Positions 9,127 to 17,464 of a stretch of 64,000 nucleotides of DNA are shown one piece after another. A program made the position numbers and the translations under genes. The notes under the pieces are model-generated. The model worked only from the letters and a program-made list of their open reading frames with translations, made no database searches and was not told where the DNA came from. The stretch spans positions 44,770 to 108,769 of the forward strand of contig NZ_WASP01000019.1 of the NCBI RefSeq assembly GCF_009712225.1, read 5' to 3'. The DNA is from Desulfovibrio sp. GTDB lineage: Bacteria > Desulfobacterota > Desulfovibrionia > Desulfovibrionales > Desulfovibrionaceae. The first letter of the stretch is position 1, and every line of letters begins with the position of its first letter.

Positions 9127-9263
9127 GCGGGGGCGTGGGGCCTCCGCCTCTCGTCTTTATCTCATGCCTCAGTTGTCTTTCCGTCAGTGATTGCCCGCCT
9201 CTCGTGCTGCCAAGGGGCAACACCGAAAACAGCGAGCCGGTTGCGGCTTTGCCGCACCGGAAG
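9127..9263. repeat. Structured intergenic repeat, copy 2 (module A and module B split by a 40-nt insert)
   Basis: 9127-9154 is identical to 8990-9017. 9195-9263 matches 9007-9075 with 2 mismatches over 69 nt. The 11-mer ccgcctctcgt occurs at both 9144-9154 and 9195-9205, flanking the insert at 9155-9194. Confidence 0.8.
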
Positions 9264-9280
9264 ATACTCGTCCCACAGAT

Positions 9281-9306
9281 AAAACGGCCCCTTTCGGGGC
9301 CGTTTT
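9281..9306. terminator. Bidirectional rho-independent terminator (ends the aldehyde dehydrogenase transcript)
   Basis: aaaacggcccc-tttc-ggggccgtttt: a perfect GC stem with A-run and T-run flanks. Confidence 0.8.
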
Positions 9307-9351
9307 GGTTATGCGGTAAACTTCATGTGTTTGCCGCATGCGGGGGAGTGG

Positions 9352-10833
9352 TTAGGGGTAGAATCCAGTGGGTTTTTCGGAAAGATTTATGAGAATGTTT
9401 TTTTGCTGCGTGTAGTGCTCAAGGATAATCTTGTGTGTTTCACGCCCGATGCCAGATTCCTTGTGCCCGCCAAAGGGCGCACCCGCCGGGATGCTGTTGT
9501 AAGTATTGACCCACATGCGGCCAGTTTCAATTGCCCTGCTCACGCGTATGGCCCTGTTGATGTCACGCGTCCACACCGCGCCGCCAAGGCCATAGAGGCT
9601 GTCGTTGGCCATAGCCACAACTTCCTCTTCTGTCTTGAACCTGATGATGACCGCCACCGGTCCGAATATTTCTTCCTGCGCCACACGCATATTGTTGGTG
9701 ACATTGCCGAGAAGGGTTGGTCGCATAAAGCAGCCTTTTGCCAGTTCGCCTTCGGTGATGCGCTCACCCCCGCAGAGCAGGGTTGCACCTTCGGCCTTGG
9801 CCTGCGTAATGCAATGCTGGATGGCCTTGAGGTGCGATTCGTAAATCTGCGAGCCCATCTGGGTTGCAGGGTCCCACGGCAGGCCAACCTTGACGCGGTT
9901 GAAGCGTTCCACGGCATCGGCAACAAATCTGTCGTAGATGCTATCATGCACAAAAACGCGCGAACCAGCGCAACACACCTGCCCTTGATTGAACAGAATG
10001 CCAAGCTGCAGACCGTCCATAGCCAGATCCCACTGGCAGTCAGGAAAATAGATGTTGGCCGATTTGCCCCCCAGCTCCAGGGTCGAGGGAATAAGGCGTT
10101 TGGCTGCTGCCAGGCCCACTTGACGGCCCACTTCGGTGGAACCGGTGAAGGCCAGTTTGCGAAAGCCGGGGTGCTCAAGCATGAACTGGCCGGAACGCGA
10201 ACCGCGCCCGGTAATAACGTTGAACACACCCTTTGGCAGCACATCGGCGATCAGTCGCGCCAGCTCCAGAACGGAAAGGGATGTGTGGTTTGACGGCTTG
10301 AAAACGGTGCAGCAGCCAGCGGCAAGCACAGGCGCCAGCTTCCATGCGGCCATGAGAAAGGGGAAGTTCCACGGTACAATCTGCCCCACCACGCCGATGG
10401 GTTCACGAAACACCAGCGACATGGTGTTTTCGTCCAGCATTACAGCCGTGCCTTCGTCAGCGCGCACAACACCTGCAAAATAACGGAAGTGGTCGGCGGC
10501 AAAGGGAATATCCACATTCATGGTTTCCCGAATGGGCTTGCCGTTGTCCATGGTTTCCACCATGGCCAGGTGCTCTTTGTTGGCGTCAATAAGGTCGGCG
10601 ATTTTCAGCAGCAGGTTGGCGCGCTCAATGGGGTCTACCTTTTTCCAGCTGTGCCATGCAGTGGTGGCAGCTGTAACGGCGTCGTCCACATCCTGGCTGG
10701 TGGCTTCGGCGCAGGTGGCAAGGCGTTCGCCGTTGGCAGGGCAGTATGTGTCAAAAGTGCCGCCGTCAGAGGCTGGTTTCCACTGGCCGTTGATGAAAAG
10801 GGAGTACGAATCCTGAATGTCTGGTTTGTTCAT
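9352..10833 (-). CDS. NAD(P)+-dependent aldehyde dehydrogenase
   Basis: 493 aa with ALDH catalytic motifs ELGGKSANI (Glu) and GQVCCAGSR (Cys), plus VPWNFP and FTGSTEVG cofactor motifs. Confidence 0.92.
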   Translation of the reverse strand: MNKPDIQDSYSLFINGQWKPASDGGTFDTYCPANGERLATCAEATSQDVDDAVTAATTAWHSWKKVDPIERANLLLKIADLIDANKEHLAMVETMDNGKPIRETMNVDIPFAADHFRYFAGVVRADEGTAVMLDENTMSLVFREPIGVVGQIVPWNFPFLMAAWKLAPVLAAGCCTVFKPSNHTSLSVLELARLIADVLPKGVFNVITGRGSRSGQFMLEHPGFRKLAFTGSTEVGRQVGLAAAKRLIPSTLELGGKSANIYFPDCQWDLAMDGLQLGILFNQGQVCCAGSRVFVHDSIYDRFVADAVERFNRVKVGLPWDPATQMGSQIYESHLKAIQHCITQAKAEGATLLCGGERITEGELAKGCFMRPTLLGNVTNNMRVAQEEIFGPVAVIIRFKTEEEVVAMANDSLYGLGGAVWTRDINRAIRVSRAIETGRMWVNTYNSIPAGAPFGGHKESGIGRETHKIILEHYTQQKNILINLSEKPTGFYP

Positions 10834-10860
10834 GAATCACTCCTTTTTTAAAAACCATGA

Positions 10861-10909
10861 TTGTCATAATGACAAATAGAGAGAAATATGGACTGCAAAT
10901 CCATATTTC
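10861..10909. promoter_or_regulatory. Two perfect palindromes in the AT-rich leader of the aldehyde dehydrogenase gene (candidate operators or 5-prime UTR hairpins)
   Basis: TTGTCAT-a-ATGACAA at 10861-10875. GAAATATGGA-N7-TCCATATTTC at 10883-10909. Both lie 28-76 nt upstream of the ATG at 10833. Confidence 0.45.
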
Positions 10910-11089
10910 AAACAGTAGTTTTTAGATAAAATGCGTCCTGTAGATCTTTATGTGAAAAAATATACAAACGCGCATTTTCTAAAACACTGCAACATATGAA
11001 TCGATTCACTTCGTAAATCAATTAATAACAGTGCAAATATTTTTTACAAACGTGTCACGATAATGTTGTGTATCAGGATGGCAGTGACA

Positions 11090-11139
11090 GAAAAAGAATG
11101 AAATTCAGGCAGGATACAACGGGGTATCCTGCCTGAATT
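11090..11139 (-). terminator. Rho-independent terminator after cobM
   Basis: 16-bp perfect stem aattcaggcaggatac/gtatcctgcctgaatt with a 6-nt loop, followed on the minus strand by tcattcttttt. Confidence 0.75.
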
Positions 11140-11169
11140 CATGATGCGGAAAGATTTGTGTGGAAGAAA

Positions 11170-11958
11170 TCAGCTTTGGGCGGGGCGGTAGCCGTGGGCA
11201 AAGTCGGCGGCGTAGAGCCGTGATGGGGCACCCTGGCTGTTTTCTGCAGGCAGCACGAGAAAGACCGTCTGCCGGGTGAGGTTGTGGCTGGTGATGCACT
11301 GGGCAAGTTCACCCAGGGTGGTCCAGTAGAGCTGCTCTTCTGGCCAGCTGACCATGTGGGCGCAGAATACCGGGGTTTCTGGCGGCAGGCTGCGCGACAG
11401 CTCGTCTTGCAGCGCCTGCGCCGAAGCGGCGGAAAGGTACACGGCCATGGAGGCCTTGTGCTCGGCCAGCAGGTGCAGGTGCTCGCGCGCGGGAACCGGG
11501 GTGCGGCCCTCAAGCCTGCTGATGATGAGGCTTTGCGTCACTTCCGGCACGGTAAATGTAATGCCGGCGGCGGCTGCGGCAGCGCAGGCGGCGGTGACGC
11601 CCGGTATCACCCGCCAGGGGATGCCGTCCGCATCCAGCAGGGCGGCCTGTTCGCGCAGCGCGCCGTACAGCGAGGGGTCGCCCGTATGCACTCGGGCCAC
11701 GGGGCGTCCTTCAAGGGCGGTGGCCCGCACCAGTGCGTGGCACTGCTCGAGCGTCAGCGGTGCGGAATCCACTACCATGGCCGGAGGCGCGGCGCAGGCC
11801 ACAACCTCGCGTGGAACCAGCGAACCTGCGTAGAGCACGAGAGCTGCCTGTTCAATGGCCTTGCGGCCCTTGATTGTCATGAGATCCGGATCGCCGGGGC
11901 CAGCTCCTACAAATGTGACTGTGCCGGGTGCAACCCCGGCGCGCGCTGCGTCATCCAT
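11170..11958 (-). CDS. cobM: Precorrin-4 / cobalt-precorrin-4 C11-methyltransferase (CobM/CbiF)
   Basis: N-terminal VTFVGAGPGDPDLMTIKG tetrapyrrole-methylase motif and a length typical for CbiF. Starts 3 nt after the cobL stop. Confidence 0.9.
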   Translation of the reverse strand: MDDAARAGVAPGTVTFVGAGPGDPDLMTIKGRKAIEQAALVLYAGSLVPREVVACAAPPAMVVDSAPLTLEQCHALVRATALEGRPVARVHTGDPSLYGALREQAALLDADGIPWRVIPGVTAACAAAAAAGITFTVPEVTQSLIISRLEGRTPVPAREHLHLLAEHKASMAVYLSAASAQALQDELSRSLPPETPVFCAHMVSWPEEQLYWTTLGELAQCITSHNLTRQTVFLVLPAENSQGAPSRLYAADFAHGYRPAQS

Positions 11959-11961
11959 GGC

Positions 11962-13923
11962 TTACCTGCTTTCAGGTTGTGCGCCGGACTGGATTGGGGA
12001 GGGCGCGGGTTTTTGGGCGGCCAGCAAAAATACCGGGTTCATGGCAGAGAGATGCACGTCGCCGCCCAGCGTTTTGCCCTCGGCCGCGGATATCTGCAAA
12101 ATTTCCACAGGCCATGCCATGTCTTCAAAAAAGCGGCGGCAAAGGCTGAAGCTGTCGAGCAGCACACAGCTGACCACCACACGCCCGCCCACGGGCAGGC
12201 GCAGGCACACATGGCCCAGAATGTCATCGCCGTCATCGCCCGAAAGGCCGCCGCCAATAAAGACCCGCTGGGGATCAGGCAGGCCGGGCAGGCATTCCGG
12301 GGCCTGTCCCAGTCGCACCTCCACATTGGCGGCACCAAAGCGGCGGCGGTTTTCCTGAATGCCCATGGCGCGGCCAGCGGAACGCTCTACCGCGATAACG
12401 CGGCCCTCGTGCGCCAGCACCGACGCCTCAAGGGCCACCGCGCCAGAGCCAGAGCCCAGATCCCACACCACATGCCCGGCCTCTATGCGCAGCAGGGACA
12501 AGGCCGCTGCCCGCACGGGTTTCTTGGTGATCAGGCCCCGGTCAACTGCAAGCTGGTCGGCATCGAGGCCCAGATGCGGGCGGCGTGCGGGTGCGGCAGG
12601 CACCAGAACCATGGTGCAGGCGGGGCCAAATTCACGGCTGGCGGCATCGGCCAGGCTCAGATGGCTTACTGTTTCGTCGGCTGCGCCCATGCGTTCAAAA
12701 ATGTGCGCGTCAAACCAGTCAACGCCCCTGTCGAGCAGGTGGCGGGCCAGTACGTCGGGCGACATGCGCGCGTCGGTAAGGATGCAGAGCGGCGCGTTTT
12801 TGCCGCAGGCTACATTGAGGGGGCGCAGGTCGTCGCGACCGTGCAGCGACAGGCAGATGACCTTGTGCCACGGCAGTGAGAGGCGCGCGCAGGCCTGTTG
12901 CAGCGAGCTGACCGCAGGCAGCAGCCGCACCGCTGTGGAGCCAAGACGGCGCACAAGCGTTGCACCAATGCCAAAAAGCAGGGGATCGCCGTCGGCAAGC
13001 ACCAGTACGCGTTCGCCAGCGGCCCGCAACTGGCTGAGGCGGGTGAGCAGCGGTTCAAGTGGTGTGCTGAGGGGCAGCAGGCGTGCCTTGAGGGTCGTGC
13101 CTTCGATAGTGGGCGTCGTGGCAGGCGATTCTCCGCCCGTGGTTTCACTGCCCGCAAGGCTGAGGCCAGAAAATTCTTCAAGCAGCAGGCGGCCTGCGCA
13201 GATAACGTCGGCCTGTTCCGCAAGCTGGCGCTGTGCTTCGGCAAGCCCCGCCAGACCGCGCGGGCGGGCGCAGTCGATCCCCATGACCGTGATGGGTTCG
13301 GGCGTTGCAATGGTGGGCTCGAACACAAAGAAAGACTGCAACATCTCCGACATGGGCGGCCAGTCGTCCTGCTCGGACATGCCGCCAGCCGCGGGGCCAG
13401 CCATGGTGCTGGGCGTCTGGGGCTGTGGGGCATTTGATGCGGGAGTGCTGTCAGGAGCTTCAGTTGCCGGTGCACCATGCAGGTAAGGCGAAGCTTCTGC
13501 TGCGAGTGCAGAAGCAGAATCAGGCGCATCTTCAGAAACTACAGGCTCAAAAGCAGGGGCTGATGCGGGTTCAGGCGCGGATTCCGGGCTTTCATTTTCA
13601 TGAAAAAGCGGAGTTTCTTCCGTTTTTGCGGGCGGCTCCTCGGTCGCTTCATTTGCATCAGCGACATCAGGAGCAGCATCGGCAGCGATGGTGGATTCTT
13701 CTGCGGTAGCGGGCTGCTCGGTGGCGGTTTCTGGGGCGACCTCTGTGGGCAGTTTGGCAGACAGTTCTGCGGGCAACAGTTCAGCAGGCTCAGGGATGCT
13801 GGCCGATTCCGCCAACAGCGTGTGCGTAGTGCCCGTAGCGAGGCCCGCCTCATGCTCCTGTGCCGGAACTGTGGGCGTATGGGATGGCACGGCAATGCCG
13901 GGCAGTGATACCTGTTGTTTCAT
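11962..13923 (-). CDS. cobL: Fused precorrin-6Y C5,15-methyltransferase / decarboxylase (CbiE+CbiT = CobL) with a roughly 200-aa low-complexity N-terminal extension
   Basis: CbiE-like region begins at ITVMGIDC (about residue 211). CbiT SAM-binding motif VWDLGSGSGAVALE. The ATG at 13923 overlaps the cbiD stop (ATGA). Confidence 0.85.
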   Translation of the reverse strand: MKQQVSLPGIAVPSHTPTVPAQEHEAGLATGTTHTLLAESASIPEPAELLPAELSAKLPTEVAPETATEQPATAEESTIAADAAPDVADANEATEEPPAKTEETPLFHENESPESAPEPASAPAFEPVVSEDAPDSASALAAEASPYLHGAPATEAPDSTPASNAPQPQTPSTMAGPAAGGMSEQDDWPPMSEMLQSFFVFEPTIATPEPITVMGIDCARPRGLAGLAEAQRQLAEQADVICAGRLLLEEFSGLSLAGSETTGGESPATTPTIEGTTLKARLLPLSTPLEPLLTRLSQLRAAGERVLVLADGDPLLFGIGATLVRRLGSTAVRLLPAVSSLQQACARLSLPWHKVICLSLHGRDDLRPLNVACGKNAPLCILTDARMSPDVLARHLLDRGVDWFDAHIFERMGAADETVSHLSLADAASREFGPACTMVLVPAAPARRPHLGLDADQLAVDRGLITKKPVRAAALSLLRIEAGHVVWDLGSGSGAVALEASVLAHEGRVIAVERSAGRAMGIQENRRRFGAANVEVRLGQAPECLPGLPDPQRVFIGGGLSGDDGDDILGHVCLRLPVGGRVVVSCVLLDSFSLCRRFFEDMAWPVEILQISAAEGKTLGGDVHLSAMNPVFLLAAQKPAPSPIQSGAQPESR

Positions 13924-15146
13924 AATGCCAATAATTCCCTGCCATCAGTATGAAAAAGGTGCAGGCCCACGGCCTGCCCCGCAAAATTTCGGGCTGTATG
14001 CATTGCCTGCCGGGCTACATGCTCAAGCACCTGTGGGCCAGCGGCGTCTGGCAGCAGCAATTCAAGCGCATGCGCTGCAGTAATGCACCGGGCAATCTCG
14101 CTGCCGCAGGCGGCTCCGGTGGCATCGGCCTGTTGCGCCAGCGCCTGCATGTCGAGGGTGGAGTCCTTGGCGTGGGTGTAGGCATGGCCCTGGGCGAGCT
14201 TGACCAGCTTGCCAAAAAAACAGCCCCACACAATACGCTCAAAGCCCATGGCTCCAGCCGCTTGCAGCGAAAATTGCGCAAAGTCGGCAACCTGCACAAA
14301 ACAGCGTTCGGGCAGTTGCGGATAGCGTTCCATAAGCAGTCTTTCCGAACGCCTGCCCGTTGTCAGGCATACCGTGTGGCATCCCGTGGCGGCTGCAACT
14401 GCCAGCCCCTGCTCAATGGTGGCCTTCCATGCGGCATGGCTGAATGGCCGTACCGTGCCTTGTGTTCCCAGTATGGAAATACCGCCTTCAATGCCCAGCC
14501 GGGGATTGAAGGTCTTTTGCGCCAGGGCTGTGCCTTGCGGCACGCTGACAAAAACGGTCAGCACTGTTTTGGCCGCATTTGCGGTGCCGTGGATATGCCC
14601 GCACGCCTGTTCTCGCAGGGCGAGGCTGATCTGCTGGCGCGGCACCGGGTTTATGGCTGCTTGCCCCACCGGCACAGGCAGGCCCGGCAGGGTGACGCGT
14701 CCGACCCCCGGCCCTCCCTTTATAATGATGTTGCCGGGGTCTGCAAGCTCCGCGCCGTCAAAGGGCAGGGCGCTTTCAACCACAGTGGCGCTTATGCACG
14801 CGCCCGACGTGGCATCGGGATCATCCCCGCCATCCTTGATAATGCTGGCGTGTGCAGAGCGTATGATGCCCTGCGGCGGTGGGTCGCAGTGCCTAAAATC
14901 TTTGGTGTTCCAGCATTCGGCCAGTTCTGGCGCTGGCCCCGGCTGGCAGTTTGCAACCTGCAGGTCAAGCCAGCCGCGCGGTACTGGTTGCCCGACGTTA
15001 TCTGCTTGGGGTGTGCTTGCAAAAGGCGGCAGCGGCACGCGCACACGGGCTGGTGCGCATTCATGGCGCAGCAGATGCAGCGCTGCAAGCGCCGCACCAG
15101 TGGCAGCACTGCCTGTGGTAAAGCCCTCGCGCAGCTTGCCGGGCAT
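13920..15146 (-). CDS. cbiD: Cobalt-precorrin-5B (C1)-methyltransferase CbiD
   Basis: N-terminal LREGFTTGSAATGAALAA is the CbiD signature. 408 aa with an apparent internal insertion. Confidence 0.9.
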   Translation of the reverse strand: MPGKLREGFTTGSAATGAALAALHLLRHECAPARVRVPLPPFASTPQADNVGQPVPRGWLDLQVANCQPGPAPELAECWNTKDFRHCDPPPQGIIRSAHASIIKDGGDDPDATSGACISATVVESALPFDGAELADPGNIIIKGGPGVGRVTLPGLPVPVGQAAINPVPRQQISLALREQACGHIHGTANAAKTVLTVFVSVPQGTALAQKTFNPRLGIEGGISILGTQGTVRPFSHAAWKATIEQGLAVAAATGCHTVCLTTGRRSERLLMERYPQLPERCFVQVADFAQFSLQAAGAMGFERIVWGCFFGKLVKLAQGHAYTHAKDSTLDMQALAQQADATGAACGSEIARCITAAHALELLLPDAAGPQVLEHVARQAMHTARNFAGQAVGLHLFHTDGRELLAL

Positions 15147-15149
15147 GGT

Positions 15150-16055
15150 TCAGGCCTGACTGGGGCGGGTGCGGGCTTCTGGCTCTGGCAGCCATATCTT
15201 GCCCCGGGCCACAAGGGACACCGGGCCGTCCACGCCAGCCATCTCCGCGCCGTTTTCTGTAAACAGCCGTACATCAAGGGCAGATCCACCTGGCTGCATG
15301 ATGGAAAAAGCGCGGCGCGGGCCAGAACGCGCAAGACGCAGAGCAAGGGACAATGCGCCGGACCCGCAAGCGTTTTCAAGAAAAGTGGTGCCCGCATCGC
15401 GCACATGCACGAGCGGCAGCATGTCGAGCTGCCCCTGGCATTCACGCCACCAGATGACCCCGGCGGCTGGCTCGTTTTCAAGATTATGCCGCTGGCGCAT
15501 CTGGGCGGCAACGGCATAAGAGTCGTCGGGCAGTGGATGCACTGGCCCGCCGAGCAGCAGGTGGCAGATGCCCGGCAGACGCACCAGTTGCGCGCCTTCT
15601 TCTACAGTGGTGATGGAATACGAGGGCAGCCGCAGCAGGGCTTCTACCTGCCAGAGCGGGGCCGTGCCTCTGGTGCGCAGTCGCACAGGGCTGTTCCAGC
15701 CGGAAACCTGAATTTCGTCGGTGCGTTCGGGATATTCTGCGTGAACGTCGCCTGCTGGTTGCGCGGTACCGGCGGTCATGCCCTCGAGCACGCCCTGTTC
15801 CGGGCCTGCACTTTGCGCGGTGTACGCGAGCAGAGCGCCCACGGCGCGGCTTGCGTTGACGCAGAATTCACCGCCAGCCATGCGCAGTTTGCCCTGCGCC
15901 AGATGCACAAAGCCCGCCTGCTCTCCGCCAAGCATTGCCGGATCAAGCGCGAGGGCCGCAAGCCGCGTCTGTTCGGCGGGGCGTTGCCCGCTGTCGGGGA
16001 AAAGCAGTGTGGTGTTGCCCCCTGGGCTCCACTTGGAAAAAGTCAGTGCAGGCAT
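15150..16055 (-). CDS. DapF-fold (diaminopimelate-epimerase-like) two-cysteine epimerase/racemase-family protein, first gene of the cobalamin operon
   Basis: Start re-set to the ATG at 16055 (AAGGA RBS 8 nt upstream). Motifs GGEFCVNASRA and ENACGSGALSLAL parallel the DapF motifs QCGNGARC and ETQACGSGACA. The stop lies 3 nt before the cbiD start. Confidence 0.7.
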   Translation of the reverse strand: MPALTFSKWSPGGNTTLLFPDSGQRPAEQTRLAALALDPAMLGGEQAGFVHLAQGKLRMAGGEFCVNASRAVGALLAYTAQSAGPEQGVLEGMTAGTAQPAGDVHAEYPERTDEIQVSGWNSPVRLRTRGTAPLWQVEALLRLPSYSITTVEEGAQLVRLPGICHLLLGGPVHPLPDDSYAVAAQMRQRHNLENEPAAGVIWWRECQGQLDMLPLVHVRDAGTTFLENACGSGALSLALRLARSGPRRAFSIMQPGGSALDVRLFTENGAEMAGVDGPVSLVARGKIWLPEPEARTRPSQA

Positions 16056-16388
16056 GGAAAATCCTTGGTTCACGGCCAAGTATGCCTTAGCCCCGGCGGG
16101 CTGTCCAGCATTGGCGTGCGGGGCGCGCTGGAGGCGCGCAACAGCAGGGCAGGGGGCCGCGCAAAAAAATATGCGGGCAGATGTCATCAGTATATCATTT
16201 AAGGAGTCGCGCAAAACCGAAAGAGTCTTTCCTATTTACAACTTGCGGTTTTTCGCAAACGCGGGTATGTCAAAAGCAGTTGCCGTCTCCAAGGCCCATG
16301 GCTGTGAGTGAGCCGGTAACGTGGCGGGCACACCGCGATTTACTGTTGTGACGGTAATCGACGACACAAACAACGTTTGGGAGGCAGT

Positions 16389-17384
16389 ATGAAATCGTTT
16401 CGTCTTCTTGCTCTTGCGGCCGCTCTTGTTCTGAGCTTCGCCGTGGCCGCTGCGGCCGCTCCGGCGTGCAACAAGAAAATTGAAAGCTTCGACTTCGTCG
16501 TGGACTACTCTGGTTCCATGATGATGAAGAACGACAAGCTCAAGCAGGACAAGATCATTGTGGCCAAAAACGTGCTGACGCGCGTTAACGCCGCTATTCC
16601 CGCTCTGAGCTACAACGGTGGCTTGCACACCCTTTCGCCCAACGGCGCCATCGTCGCCCAGGGCCCCTGGGATCGCGCCGCCATGGCCGCCGGCCTTAAG
16701 AAGCTGAGCAGCAACTTTGATATTTTTGGTCGTATGACCAGCATGGGTAACGGCCTTCAGGCTTACGAACCCTTCATCTCCAGCATGAAGCGCGACGCCG
16801 CCCTGATCCTCGTGACCGACGGTGACAACAACCGCGGTAACGACCTCGTGCAGGTTGTGAGCCAGATGTACGCCAGCCAGCGTAACCTGGTTGTGCATGT
16901 GATCTCCCTGGCCGACACCCCCAACGGTGAAGCCAACATCAAGAAGATCGCCGCCCTGAACTCCAACGCCGTTGTGGTGCGCGCTGAAGAGCTCGCCACC
17001 AGCGACGCCGCTGTTGAACGTTTCGTGCTTTCCGTGTTCTGCAAGGATGAAGACGTCATCGTGCTGCGCGGCGTGCATTTTGCCTTCAACTCCTTCGCCC
17101 TTGACGGCAAGGCCATGGGCATCCTGAACGAAGCCGCCACCCTGATCAAGAACAACCCCAACAAGCGCGTTGTTCTCTCTGGCTGGACCGACTACGTGGG
17201 TTCCGACTCTTACAACATGAAGCTTTCGCAGGAACGCGCCAGCGCGGTTAAGAACTACCTTGCGAAGCAGGGCATTCCTGCCAGCCGCATGACCGCCATC
17301 GGTCGTGGCAAGTCCTTCAAGTATGACAACAAGACCGACGAAGGTCGCGCCATGAACCGGCGCACCGAAGTGTCCTTCGAGTAA
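16389..17384 (+). CDS. Exported vWA-domain / OmpA-C-like peptidoglycan-binding fusion protein
   Basis: GGAGG RBS and signal peptide MKSFRLLALAAALVLSFAVAAAAA. MIDAS motif DYSGS and LILVTDGDNN. C-terminal OmpA-like motifs (GWTDYVGSDSYNMKLSQERASAV, NRRTEVSF). Confidence 0.85.
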   Translation: MKSFRLLALAAALVLSFAVAAAAAPACNKKIESFDFVVDYSGSMMMKNDKLKQDKIIVAKNVLTRVNAAIPALSYNGGLHTLSPNGAIVAQGPWDRAAMAAGLKKLSSNFDIFGRMTSMGNGLQAYEPFISSMKRDAALILVTDGDNNRGNDLVQVVSQMYASQRNLVVHVISLADTPNGEANIKKIAALNSNAVVVRAEELATSDAAVERFVLSVFCKDEDVIVLRGVHFAFNSFALDGKAMGILNEAATLIKNNPNKRVVLSGWTDYVGSDSYNMKLSQERASAVKNYLAKQGIPASRMTAIGRGKSFKYDNKTDEGRAMNRRTEVSFE

Positions 17385-17418
17385 TCGCGGACCTTCGCTT
17401 CAGTCGAATTAAAGCAAA

Positions 17419-17448
17419 AGCCGGGTGGTGTATGCCGCCCGGCTTTTT
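17419..17448 (+). terminator. Intrinsic terminator/attenuator between the vWA-OmpA gene and the next lipoprotein gene
   Basis: Stem agccggg..cccggct followed by ttttt. The next ATG is only 17 nt downstream. Confidence 0.75.
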
Positions 17449-17464
17449 ATGAGGTGCATTGCAC

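Noticed and set aside
8985-9263. CRISPR array
   Set aside because: Only two repeat copies are present, the repeat is far longer than CRISPR repeats, there are no regular spacers and there are no cas genes in the window. It is treated as a dispersed structured repeat instead.
13950-16202. 750-aa ORF on the plus strand across cbiD and the DapF-like gene
   Set aside because: It lies antisense to genes with clear family motifs. Its product is Arg/Gly/Ala-rich nonsense typical of shadow frames in GC-rich DNA, and it has no RBS.
16290-16345. B12-box-like sequence on the minus strand (gtaaatcgcggtgtgcccgccacgt) upstream of the cobalamin operon, suggesting a cobalamin riboswitch
   Set aside because: The core reads CCACGT rather than GCCACTG. 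The upstream GGGAA/GGTG conserved elements are missing. It sits more than 260 nt from the operon ATG and would run into the start of the divergent vWA-OmpA gene. An Rfam RF00174 scan would settle it.
16236-17078. 280-aa minus-strand ORF overlapping the vWA-OmpA gene
   Set aside because: The plus-strand frame has a signal peptide, a MIDAS motif and OmpA-C motifs. The antisense product is Gly/His/Val-rich with no motifs.
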